In this document: piece by piece, positions 14,082 to 30,623 of the stretch | Numbering within the stretch: the stretch's first letter is position 1 | Layout of the letters: every line of letters starts with the position of its first letter | NCBI GenBank assembly: GCA_025786725.1 | Contig: JAHLTZ010000001.1 | Coordinates: 62,001 to 126,000 of the forward strand | From: Syncephalis fuscata S228 | Taxonomy: Eukaryota; Fungi; Zoopagomycota | DNA: 64,000 nucleotides | Reading direction: 5' to 3' | Translations under genes and position numbers: made by a program | The notes under the pieces: model-generated | What the model was told of the DNA's origin: nothing | The model's input: the letters and a program-made list of their open reading frames with translations, nothing else | Databases searched by the model: none

Positions 14082-17000
14082 TTAATTGTCCAAGGATGGA
14101 TAGACGGATCTACCGCTTGGCTTCTATAAATACTCGTTAGTCTAAACCATACTATATATATATATATGCTATATGCATATACTAGTGTAATACTTGCCTT
14201 TGCTGGCGACGTTACCGTACCAACCCATGTCCAAGTGCGTGTTTGTTCACCGCGCAACTCTTGTACACTTGTGCGTATATTGCTATTCTTTTCAACAATG
14301 TTTTGTACACGTGTCCAAATACGCTGTCGTCGTTGTAGATCGTGTATATCACGCAAAAGTAGATCACGTAAATGAGTAATAGATACGGCAGCATATGGAT
14401 GTTGAGTTGGATCCGTATGGTGTCGGTGTTCCTATTAATAAATTCCTATTAGTATAAATACTACACTCACAATAATAGTGGTATTTACCTGTTGATATAG
14501 AATATCCAATGCATGATCTACCATGGCAGTGGCCAGTGTTGAATCTTGTGATTTGGCTATTATTGTTATTATTGTTATTAAATAATGATTAAAATAAATA
14601 GATTTAATGTAATCAACTTACTCTGCATCCATGATCGAATATACCAATAACCACTCAATACCAATATAATACCAATTAATTCAGGCAAATAAGATAGTAG
14701 TAGTTGGGTAACACCACGTTGAATACGACAACTCAATGGATAGATAGGTGCCTTTGAAGATACATTAACTGTGTTATTAGTATCATCTCTATTTGGTTAT
14801 AGTGGTTAGAAATGATACTGTATTAAATACAATAAATACCAACTTACTTTGCAATTGTTAAAGCCAATTCATCAGCATGACTAGTCAATTCCTGAGTGGC
14901 CTCAGACCAAGCATCATCAAATTGAGTACTTGACATTGATTTCTATATAATAACATTTAGTATTTGATATTTATATCGCCTATTTACTTACACCTATGTC
15001 TAATTGTTGTACTATATCGCGCAACTGTGTTAATGACAAGTGACCTAATCCCTTTAATGCGCCACATTCGATAAGGCCAGTACGTTCGGCAATGATTTGA
15101 AGCGACTTCTGCACCAATTCATGAACACGGACTTCTCGTTTAGTATCTGGCACACATGTGGCCGAGAAGGGCCAGCATTGTTGCAATGGATGTTCTTGAA
15201 GTAAATAGCCTGAAGCACAGCCTTCTAATTGACGGTCTTTACAGGTGGCATGAAAAGGACAAAGAATACACGTTGGTTCTTGTAAAATACCAAAAAGTCC
15301 ACCTAGATTTGTTTATTTGTTAGTAAACTGTTATAGTAAATGTCTAAATTAAACTTACTGTGTTTGGATTCGGGTGGAACAACACCTGTGTCGCAATAGC
15401 CTAATTGCATCTTTTGATGACGATACCATACAAGATTGGCAGCAAGTGAAAATCCCATAACAACAATAACGAGACTAAACCACGAGAATGATGCTGTAGA
15501 TAATGATGGCCGTGGATTCTTTACAACCTTTTGTGCAATTGGTGTTCGGCGTTCACGTCCTGATGTTTGTCCTATAATTCAATAAAAGTTAATAACAACA
15601 ATAAATAAATAAATATAATACTTGCTTTCATGTGGTGCTGGTGTTGCAGTAAATGGATCATAGAACGGTGAATTGTCCAAGTCCTCTTTTGGTTTAAGAT
15701 GAGTTTTCTTGGTAGCTGGTTTAGATGCCTATTAATTGGTCAGTATATTATTAACATTAATATACGTTTATTCAACTAATACCTCAACTCGACGTCGAAT
15801 AAGTCGTTCATCAGAAGCATCTTCTGTGCCACTTTGGAATGGATTATCATCAGAGAAATAACCACTACCATGTGACTATTATAATCATATAGAAAATGTT
15901 AGTTGATATTATTAGTAATATGCATATATATATATATATATATATGCCAATATTTAAATATTACCTCACGGCCACCACGACGACGAGTAGCTGAATTGGC
16001 CATTACTTCTTCTTCATTTGAAAGTAATTGCGATAAAGTAACCTACTCAATATATATATAGATACATGTATCAATTTAAACCACCTATATAGCTATGTGC
16101 TTTTAACTTACCGGCAAATCAGATGTATTATGCTGTGGTTTCTTAGAACTAATAGCACGAGCTGTTGCATCGGCAATGGCTCTATTCTTAACTCGAGCCG
16201 CTTCTTGAACCATTTCCACATCCCGTTCAGGCGAGGTTGGATCAGCCAATGGCTCAACCACCGAGGCTACAAGTGCCGCAGCTGATTTACGTGGCTGTCC
16301 AATACGACGTTTCGTTGAACGAGCCTTGGTTGCAGATGTCAAAACATTATCAACATTATCTAATGGCTCTTCTTGTTTTGGTGCCACCGGTGTTTCAATT
16401 GGCTGTGCTTGTTTTTTAGCACGTCCTCGTGGACGTGTTGTTGGTGTGCTAAATACTTGTGCCTCATCATCAGTTAAAAGTAAACTATCTTGCTTGACTA
16501 CCTCGCGCTATTTAATTAAAGTTACATAATATATATATATATATTGTAATTAGATAATATACTATATACAACTATAGATTACATACACGTGCACGACCAC
16601 CTTTTGCCCGAGATGGTTTAACAGCCGATGCCTCATCATCAGCATCAGAACCAACAAATCTAGCAGCCTATATTTTTTGTATTAATAAGTGTATCTATCT
16701 ATTCATTGTATTATTTTACTTACTCTGCCTTTACCGCCCCGACGAACAGGTGTGGCCTATAATTTGATTAATACATTATTATAACCATTAATTATCCATT
16801 TGTTGTTGTTGCTGTTGTTATTATACTTACAGCAACTGTCGGCTCAGTCTCATTCTCTGTACTGATATTGCTATTGGTCGATTGAGAACGTGATACGTTA
16901 CGTGCACCACCTACTAGTGTAATACCTACACCACTTGCTTTAACATTCATTTGTTGTTGTAATAGTTCATTGGCACGCGGTTTAATATCTGACAAGAATA

Positions 17001-17130
17001 GATCAACTAGTTGCTGTTTCTTGGCTGTACTTGGCGCCTTTACTTCATGAGCCAATAGTACACGCCTTAAATCGGCTACTTTAAGTTTACTCGGATCGAA
17101 ATCCGGCTCCAAATAGCTTGTATCTTCCAT
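14082..17130 (-). CDS. SRC1: Inner nuclear membrane LEM/HeH + Man1-Src1 C-terminal domain protein, multi-exon
   Basis: N-terminal HeH motif YLEPDFDPSKLKVADLRRVLLAHEV, FSDDNPFQSG motif, TM segment followed by LGYCDTG, luminal cysteines, winged-helix end NSNIRTSVQELRGEQTRTWTWVG. The last exon (KPSGRSVYPSLDN*) is reached through GC-AG intron 14124-14197. Confidence 0.9.
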
Positions 17131-17517
17131 AGGTGTTCAAGACTACACGCATCAGTAGGAATAAACGTTAGAGCTGTTATAGAACCTTTTAGCTATCTTA
17201 TTTACAATAGTTTAACGTTTAGATTCAGCAATCAAGTTAATCAACAAAAGATAGCAAGTGTAGCTGATATAGTTAGTTGGAATGACAATGATGAAATTGA
17301 CAAAAGAAAACAATTGAAGGAAATGTAAACAAACATCGATAATTCCAACAGTTTGATTTTTAGTGTACTTTCTATTAATCCATATTAGTCTTAGTTTATT
17401 ACATATTACTTGTTAGTGTTATTCATTGTTATTATACATCTATTGTTATTACGTATCATTGTTATAGTATTTATTGAATGGTCAACAAAGACATTTATTG
17501 TATTCTAGTGGGTTTAT

Positions 17518-18787
17518 TTAATTGCTACTATATGACTCGGGAATAGCAAATATACCATCTAGAATAGTATATGGCTGGTAGGCAAACTCTTCTAAATCTG
17601 ACGCTTTTGTCACTCCACTTAGTACAAGTACTGAATCGATTTCACTGCCTATACCTGCAGCAATACTAATTCAATATTTAATAATTATAATTATAATATA
17701 TATATATGTATGTTACTTACTCCGTATCCATTCTATCGCCTATAATACATGTATCCTGTCGTTTACAGCCTAGTATACGTTGGGCATATCTATTATTGAT
17801 ATTAAATAATAAAAATTAATATAATCAATGGCTTTTATGTTTTATTTAATTAGATTATTACTGACCGCATCATAAGAGCATTTGGCTTTCCACAATAGAA
17901 AGCTTTACGTCCTGTAGCCATTTCAATACTTGAAGTAAATGCACCACAGGCTGGTATAAGTACATTGTTCTCTCCCGGACCATTGGCATCGAGATTAGTA
18001 GCAATTAGTTTTGCACCTTCCATGATTAACTTTGTTGCTTTTGCCATCTAATATATAATATATAGTATGTAATAGATTATATATATTATAGATTATATTA
18101 ATTACGATATAATACTAGTTACACCATTTACCTTATCCCAATTAAAGTTTGTGCCCTCGCCAATAATTACAAAGTCGGGATTCTACTTGGCATTAATCTA
18201 ATGGTGTCTTTTAATTCTATGTTACATTGAACCTACTACATCATTCATAATAAATCCTTCTTCGTAAAGAGCATTGGCCAGTCCTAGTAATCAATCAGCT
18301 GATTAACTAATAAGTAGCTGGTATTTATTTACTTACCAGGCTCGCCTACTACATAGCAGGTACCATTCTATCGTGTAAATACATGAATAAATGACATGAA
18401 TAAGCAATAAGTAAATAAGCTGACCGGTTTTTGTGAACGTAAAAACTTTGCTGTAGCAATAGCCGATGTATAGAAGCGCTCCTCGGGTACTTCAACGCCT
18501 AATCGACGCATTTTCATTTGTAACTCGCGTGGTGTAACCGCTGAATTGTTGGTAAGAAATAGAAACTGCTTGCCTTCACGGTTGCACCAATCTACAAATT
18601 CCTTAGCACCAGGCAATAGATTATTGCCCTAGAATACCACATAGTTTAGTACAGTAAAGTAACGGCTTATCAATCTGTAATAGCTTACATGATAGACAAC
18701 ACCGTCCATATCACATATGTAGGCTTTTTTATCGCGAATGATTTGTAACCGTTTTTTATCTTTATCCACATCCTCGATACTCGACAT
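17518..18787 (-). CDS. HAD-superfamily subfamily IIA phosphatase (NagD-like), 8 exons
   Basis: Motifs CDMDGV, FLTNNS, GKPNALMMR, IGDRMDTDI and LVLSGVT are reconstructed across 7 GT-AG introns. Confidence 0.9.
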
Positions 18788-19583
18788 ATTGACAATAGTT
18801 TGTATTAAAGTGTAATGAAACAATAACCTGTTAACAATATGATATGAGTGTGTCATGGTTATACTTTTGTGAACACTAAAAACATGCTTTATTATTAATC
18901 TGTTATCAGTAGATGTACAGGTGGGTACATATATGTTTACGATTCATTTGATTCAAGGGTTTAACTCAATCCATATCTGTAATATGGTGTGGCGATTTAT
19001 GATTGGCCCTATGATTGGCCCACTATCAGTGTCTCTTCTCTATGTTCCCTCACTCACTCTCACTCACTCACTCACACACACACACACACAAAAGATAATG
19101 AACGTGTGTGTGTGTATACCGCTGTTATCTATTTCTGTAGGCATACATCATTACAAAGTTATCATCGGCCAACCAACCACACGTCGACACGTTCCCACGG
19201 CTTATAGTATTGGAACAATAACAAATAGCGGTCGGCCTTTTTTCTGTTTGTTAAAACTTGCTTCCGCGTCATACCATTTTACCACTTACAACTACGCCCA
19301 TTCAACGCCTGTTTCCCCTACTGTCGTTGTTATCGTTGTAGTCGCCACCGCTGCTAAAGTCTATTATTGTGGCCGACAAGTTTTCACTTGCTTTCCACGC
19401 TTTTCTTTCTATTACCTTCCACGCTCCTTGTGCATTTTTGTTTCTGGCCATATTCTACTTTACTTCAATCTCTTATTGATTGTTTCGATCATAACCGTTA
19501 CAGTATTTAAGAGCTGTACTGTTGTTGTTTGGTAATAGCACGTTATACTTGTTGGATTGCCAATAAACTGCTTTGCTACAACA

Positions 19584-22679
<3,096 letters not shown>

Positions 22680-22893
22680 TTGGAAATATTGTTATTGATG
22701 CCATAGCTAATCATCACCATATTATAACCAACCAACCACCATAATAACAGCAATAAAAATAAAAGCTTGCAAATATGCCGGCATAAATACACAACTATTT
22801 AAGCAATGATTTCATTGCTAAAGTATAATAAAGTGTTTTTTGGTTTATCTTGTTAAATGATACTGTTTATTTGAATAAGCAATATATAGCTTA

Positions 22894-24065
22894 TTATAAT
22901 TGTTTCTCTGCTCGTTCAGCCAAATCTTTCTCAGCCAAGGCTCGAGAAGCACCAACCATCTGAATAACGCTAATAAGCTGTTTACCCGCACAAATAGGTA
23001 GAGTAATATAGGCAAGCCATTGCAAACTAATGATCGGCAACCAGCTGGGTAGTGCAACGGTTGAAGTAGCTATAATAGAGGGCAATAAGCTACAAAGTTG
23101 TCAACAATCTACTACTTACCTGTTGCAAATGATAGCAGATAAAGTGCAACAAAGAATAGTTCATTGCCAGCACAGAAGAGGAAAAGAACATTCTAGTAAC
23201 ACCAATAGATGAATGTTATATGGTTAATCATAATTAAAGTATATAGTAAGCCAGCTTACAGTGTTAGAATAATAAGCACGTAGAATGGCACTACGTGATT
23301 TGGAGATCATTTTATGGCTAGCAGCACCGGCCACCAATGAACTAATAATATGTTGTATATAGTTAATTTAATCCATGCTTTTTGAGTACAACTAGTTGTT
23401 TATCAATCCTACCTATACATATGCATGTAATGGCTACTTAGATCCAGTGAGATTAACAGCTGGAATACTACGGCAAATGAAGGAAATGCCATAGCCAAAT
23501 AGCAAAGCATGCATATTGTCGTGCAGCTAATATATAAATCATTGTATAAACAATACGAATTGAGTTGAATTGTAATAATGTTAACAAGTGAATACTCCAT
23601 TAATAATTGCCACTGCTTTGCTTACCGATCCGTGACCATATCTAATACTGCGCCAAATCGGCTACCTATAAGTATGAAAAATAGGCCAAATGGCTATTAA
23701 TATTAGGATAGCAACGAGATGACCATAGCTACATTGATTAAAATACCGAGCTGCATTGCCGTCAACCGCGTCTAATAAACAGGAGATACAATAGAGTACG
23801 ACGCAATTCAGTGGCTGTGTCGGCATCACTAGCAGTGATAGAACAGCTAATATAACGCGTGCATAGCCTACAGGCGAAAGTAAAGCGTTGCATTAGCTAT
23901 CGATCGATAAACGCTGTAGTAGTTATAGACGTTGTAATAAACACAAGTATTACCAATTAGATTAGGCACAAATAGAAAAACATTTTCTTCTGTCGTCGTT
24001 GTTGTGCCATTGTAAAGTGTAGCGCTGGAGGCGTTACTCTCCACGCGGTCGTTGTTCTTGGCCAT
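22894..24065 (-). CDS. PIS1: Phosphatidylinositol synthase (CDP-alcohol phosphatidyltransferase), multi-exon
   Basis: ENVFLFVPNLIGYAR, LLDAVDGNAAR..SRFGAVLDMVTDR, LDLSSHYMHMY. Confidence 0.95.
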
Positions 24066-25382
24066 GGCAAATGAGTAGATTAGAAAGAGGGTCAATGAAA
24101 AATAGTGCGGTTTTTTCAGTATATCTATCGGCAGATAAGATGGCAGAAGTGCCGGTTTCTAAACATGTACATTAAATATTTACAGCTTTTATTACTCTTC
24201 TTGTTACAGCTTTTATTATGCAATTATAATTAAAACTAAATAAAAGGCTTTTAAATGAATAGCATTACGTTTTTACGTTATGCAACCAACATATTGTGTT
24301 TAATTATATAGAGTCTAGCTGAATTTAAATATTTTCGTATGATTTTTCGGCGTTGTAATAAGAAATATCTGATTGTATAAATACCGACTGCATATCACAT
24401 TTCTATTGATACAATTAATGAAAAAGTACCTAATTAGTTTACGTAAACTGGTATTGATTCTTAACTTCAAGCAATAGGTATAAAATGTTAGTCACCGATT
24501 GTATATCTTTATTCTAACTAGCATGAACGCTTAGCACCTAATGATTATTATTAACGTTTAAACGCACTGTTTAATTATATAAAAACCATATTACTTTCAA
24601 ATTATTTAGTATTAACAATAATATTATATAGTTGATGGGATTTATAAATAGTCTAGATATGAAATAATCTATACCTATTTAATTGTATCTGTTTAAATGT
24701 AAATAATAAACGCCATTGCTGCGTAAAAGTATACTTGATGACATAAAGATACATACATTTTTTAAATGGACGCAATTATATACAATAGCTGTTATTATTA
24801 ACAAAATATTGAATCATTATCTAGTGTTATAAATTTGCTTTACATCATTAAATCGTTAATTAATGGTTTCAAATTTAGTACGAAATTATCGTATATATTG
24901 TTGGACAACACGTGAAAATAGATCATTTGCCAGTAAACAAGCGTCACTAAGACTGACAACACCCAATCAAAGGCCATTATAGCTGCTATGATGGCCCCAA
25001 CAATACAGTGGACAACCGGAACAAATGACCTCCGGTGTTCTTTTCTCTTGACGTCGTTAAAAGTGCACACTATTGATATTACTTACTACTATTACTACTG
25101 TTGTTGCTATTGCTCCTTCTCTTGCACTTTTTGTTTATTAGTCAGCGACGTTATTATTTTTAACAACACACACACACACACACGTACTAACTACACGTGT
25201 CCATTGGGAAAAGTGTAAAGTCTAGTACGTTAAACTATCACAACTCAACTTTTCAAACTCGACCGTGCCCGGTGTGTGGGCCGTGTATGGCCACAGTGAG
25301 TACGAGTAAGCGTGGCGTCTAGTGTTTAGACAATAGCCAAAGCAGAGAGAGAGAGTAGTGGCGACACGTACGCTAAACCACC

Positions 25383-27517
25383 ATGGACGACCAAAACAAC
25401 TACTACTCCTTATTATCGTCGTCGCCCATCTCCTGGGAGAACTTCTTTGAAGTACTGGCCCAACTGACGTCGTTTGCCCTGACCGATCGAGAAACTGAAG
25501 CAATTATCACCAGTTTCCATGCCTTTCACGCTCGTTTAAAGCGACTAAGCAATCGTAACTTACGTCGCTTAGCTGAAGAGGCAAGTACATCCGAGTATCG
25601 ACGACCTCATTGTCGACACGACGGCAAAACATGTGTGCAGAATGCACTTCGTGGCTATATGAAAGCCTTTGTCGTCGGCTATGGTGTTAAGTTTCTTGTA
25701 GAAGCTATACCTGCTCTTCTTACAGGTCGTCTTTCTAAACGGTAAGTTATGATGTGATGATATTGATAGAATAGTGAATTAATTAAGTAATACTGTTGTT
25801 TATTCGTGTTAATGTTAATTACGCGGAATAGTCCTGGAATATTAAAGCAAATGGCCGGACGGGATACAGTTGAGTTTGGTATGTTTTTATCAGCTTTTAT
25901 TGGATCCTATAAAGCTATTTTATGTGCACTGCGTAATTTACGTCAACAGAATGCCGATAGTGATGACGGTGATCAGCTAAACGCATTTATTGCTGGCACG
26001 GTTGCCGGTCTATCACTCTGTCTGGAGCGTAATCGAGACCGCCGTCAAGCAATTGCTCTTTACTTGTCGACACGTAGTGCGCAATTTGCCTGTGTATGGC
26101 TAATCAACCGATGGTCGGCCTATCGTGCACGTAAAAAGCGTGGCCTAATGCGTGTACGCAGTGAGATTGTCCTTAGCAAGGCTAGTACAAGCTCTGGTAC
26201 ATCCTCTTCCACGGGACCGGGTGGATACCGAGAAAGTATTATGGACCAAATGGAGCATGCTGATGCCGGACAAGCCACTTCTTATGCCGATGGTGTGCAT
26301 AGCAAGAAAACGAAGACGAGCCAGAATAAAACTAAAGGCCAAGTTGTTGAAGATACGCCAAAACCAAGTATTCGATTTGATGGAGGTGCCACAGGTAGTG
26401 GTGGCGGTAGCGGCTCAAAAGCTACTGCCCAGTCCAAGCCAAGTAAAGGAATTCATCCTATTGACGATGAACCAGCAGATATGGCCGATAAAGTCGATAC
26501 CTGGCTACGTCGATGGGCCGGTACAATTGTTATGGCCTTGTCAAGTAGTCAAATTCTTGCCGCCTATATTATTGCACCACAAACATTACCGGTAAGCTAT
26601 TATGATGACACAACGACGCATATTAACCACTTTATACTTATTTATACTATTTATTAACACGATAGCGTTCCTACTATGGCTTCCTAGTCACTCATGGTGG
26701 ACTGAAGGCCCATTATGGCTCATTAGCCGTCCCTCTTCTTAATCAAATGGGTGAAACAGTACTACGTATGAATACGCTACAAGGCGCTGAAGTGCAAATT
26801 CCACATAACATGACATCGGCCGAATTTGTAGCACGGGAAATCTCGCCTAATCTTGCTACTATTTATCCATCATCTCATGGCCGACATCAGTTTGCCATTT
26901 GCGCACTTGAACATCCATGGAACACAAGCTGCAGTGGATCACATGTTAGCACATTTGTTGGAGCCATGGGACGTAGTCTTAAGCTTTACTTGCCACTGAA
27001 TGCCGTTATGACTTTGATCTATTCGGGCAAGAAGATGACCAAAGATCCACTTAAGACACTATTACGTTTTATTAAAAGTACACTACGTAGTTCTGTATTC
27101 TTATCGGCCTACGTTACCATGGCCTGGATTGTTCCCTGCACACTACGCCATCTACTAAAACGTGAACGTGTTTGGTTGTAAGTAAAGTGGTTATTATAGA
27201 ATGATGAAGCTAATAACTGCCTATCTATTTATTCGTATTTAACTAGCTACTATATTAATGGTATTCTATCGGGTCTCTGTGCCATTATCGATGCGCCTGG
27301 TCGCCGTATCGAATTGGGCATGTATTGCTTGCCCCGTGCCCTTGAATCCTTCTGGAAGTGTGGTGTTCAATGGGGATGGTGGCGTAATATAAAGAACGCT
27401 GAGGTTGCCTACTTTGCCTTCGCTATGGGTGCACTTATGTCAATCTATCAAACGGCACCTGAATCCATTCAAGGCGGATACCGCGACGTAATGACTCGAT
27501 GCTTTGGTAAGAATTAG
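25383..27517 (+). CDS. TMEM135-family membrane protein, 4 exons
   Basis: PHCRHDGKTCVQNALRG, FLSAFIGSYK, NAFIAGTVAGLSL, RRQAIALYL, HPWNTSC, LKLYLPL, RSSVFLSAY, GRRIELGMYCLPRALESFW. Introns start at 25742, 26592 and 27178. Confidence 0.85.
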
Positions 27518-28664
27518 GCCATTAGGATAGCCATAAATACTATATACCATATATATATTTGCATAGTTTTACTATCATTTATTTAATAAAAGATAAAAAC
27601 TATTAATAATATAGCTATTAAGATAATATGGTGTTATTATTTCATGTGACTTGTATTAGAAATAACACGCAAGTGTCAGTCTATTATATCATTTCTTGGC
27701 TTTTTGCACTATACTAATTCTTGGCAACTAGACTACATATAAACGGCAATGTATAGCCTAATTCATACCCAACAACCACCCATCTTATCCATTTTACTTT
27801 TTATTTTGCATTTGCATACTTTGTACCTGTGTACACCCACTCGTATTGTTCACTCTATCTTTACGGTAAGTTTATAACACTAACAAAACAGGTCCATACA
27901 GTCACGTGTCTATCTGTAACTCTGTGGGTGTATCGATTAATATTCTCTTTGTTTTTATTTCTCAGATTAGCTTTTGTTATATACAATGATTCATTGTTGT
28001 TTTGCTTGTTAGCCATCCTGTGTTGTTTTCTGTATGCCTATAGCCATTGCAGGATTGCTACACGATCTTACCCAATAGCTTACATATTCTTACACCACTA
28101 TAACAATCTACTTGGCACTTGATACTTAAGTCGACGAACAAGCCACTAAGGAGTCAGCGTCTGAGTCTGTGGGCGAATAAGGATATAGCAAGCTTGCTTG
28201 TTCAACTCCTCTTTCTTCCTTTACTCCTCTCTTCTCATTCACTCACTCGTTCTAACACTCTATAACACTTCTAACACTTTCTAAACAACACTCACTCACT
28301 CACTCACTTACTCGCCTTCTCCTTCGCCTTCTTGTTCCCCTGATCTTTTTGCGGATTTTGACCTGTGCCTCATCACTTTTCGACCGTCACTGACGATATT
28401 CGTTTATACTATTTCATCGCATATACTCTTATTGAGGTTGTAGTGACTACTATATTCTATATAACCACTTGTTATAGCCTATTTGCCTAACTAATATCGC
28501 GTGAATCTGCATCTTTATCTTATATTTGAAATTACTCTATAGTTTATTTTTGCAATCTTATAACTACTAGCAGTTTATACCATACTAATATCATACTATA
28601 TTATACCATACTATATTTATATTATAGCAACTACTGACTACTATTGGTTAGTTTAGTGATCAAT

Positions 28665-30196
28665 ATGTTTACGCTGGAACTACAGCACGCCATATTTCTA
28701 CTGCGCTTGCTGCAGTCCCTTGGTGCATTTATAGGGATGGCACTAGCAGCTCGGGTTATTGATTTGTATAATAGAGAGGGACCTGGCACAAAATCTGCAT
28801 TCAACTTTTCTCTTTTTACCAATCTGGTTGGACTTGTTCTATCGGGCCTAATCAATGCCGCACCTTTTCTCTATAACCGTCTACGTTGGACATGGACGCG
28901 CTTTCTAGTTGATCCATTTGGTGAAACTGTAGGCTCACTCACCTTTATACTATTCTTTTTTATATCAGGTGTTGTTGTGGCATTGAATGCAGCACCTGAT
29001 ACTGGTGGCTGTAGTGCTCAACACTTTATGAGTCTAGTGGATAACGATGATGGCACAAAAACAGTCAACGATTCAGATGGAGGACCGGCTGCATGTCGAA
29101 CAGCCAAAGCAGCTGCGGCATTTGATTTCCTTACACTTGCCACCTGGATTGGACTTTTGCACTATTGGTCTATTCACATTGCTATCGTCTACGTGTTTTA
29201 TTCATACCTGGTGCGGCGGCAGCTCAAGCCGGTATTCTAACAGAAAACGCTACCATGGCATCAATGTCACCTTCTGGTAATACACCGGTTGTACTGGCAT
29301 CTAGCCATCCTATGCAGCAATCACCTTCACAACAACACGGTGCTACTAGTAAACTCAATGAAAATACAGACTCGTCGACCACCACTTCACATCAATCACC
29401 AACGAACAACTCGCCGTATATTAAAGCGTCAAATGCTGTGTCAGATAGTGCAGTAATTGATAGCCATAATAGCAATAACGGTAAAGTTAGTGCAGGTGTT
29501 TCTATACCTGTACCCGCTCATGTCTATCAACCAAATGCGCCATCTCGACCTGGTCCAATGGCATCGTCATCGTCACCTTCTTTACCATTAAGTGTAAATA
29601 CAGCCATTTCAATGCCTATGCCTCAACCAGTTACGGCGAATTATCCCTACACTGTTAATCCAGTGCCACCGACCTCTTTTCCTGTACCCATGACAGCGGC
29701 ACTTACTCAAGGCTCATCCAACGAATCACCAAGCCTTTCAATGCCACATCCAACGTCTACCGGTCAATCAAGTCCCATACTATCCTTTTCTACCACCAAT
29801 CCGCCATCGCCTACCTTTCCGTCACCTCATCCACAACAGCATCGACGACAATTCTCAAATGAATATCGACCAGTAACTAATGCGCCATCTATGGTGGCCA
29901 GCTATGATCCATCAGCATATACAGGCCGTACAGCTTATACGAGTTATACACGTACTGTAACACCGCCCACCACATTACAGGATGATCGTTCAGTTTATCC
30001 TGCATCTACCGACGCTATTTATCACGGCAGTTCACGGGCAACAGATAGTATTTTATCGCGTGAGGCATTTAGTATACCAAGTATACGTAGTCGTGAAGAA
30101 GAACCGGAAAGGCATAGTTTATATCCAGCGTCAACTGACGGTCTTTACCAAGGCAGTTCTCGCGCACCATCATTACCCGATGAAGTCAAAGAATAG
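28665..30196 (+). CDS. MARVEL-like four-TM protein with long Pro/Ser-rich tail; apparent 1-nt frameshift at ~29155
   Basis: LRLLQ start, four hydrophobic helices, CRTAKAAAAFDFL..TW motif. One extra T in cttttg joins ORF 28644-29240 to ORF 29165-30196. Confidence 0.65.
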
Positions 30197-30623
30197 TCGG
30201 TAATGATGATGACACTACATATAAGTGACTATACCAACAAAAATAACTACACTGAGGCACAACCTATAACGACCATCATCGACGACTTTCAATGTATAAG
30301 AGTGTTTTCTTTATTCTCGAGATCATTATTATTATTATTATTAGTATTAGTGTTATTAATATGATTGATATCAATAGCATTAACAGGAGTATACTATTGG
30401 TATTAGTGTTATTTGTTTAACAAATTATTAATAATGCTATTTTAAATCAATAGAGAATTAAATATAAATTTATTTCTCTAAATCTATATGGCATTTATAC
30501 AATCAACCAACCATTTTTAATAAATTGCATTTCAATCCTCTTCACTGTGATCTATTTATATTTATTATCAAGTCGATAGATACGCGTAAAATACAGAGCA
30601 TTTTTTATCATTAATGAAATTGG

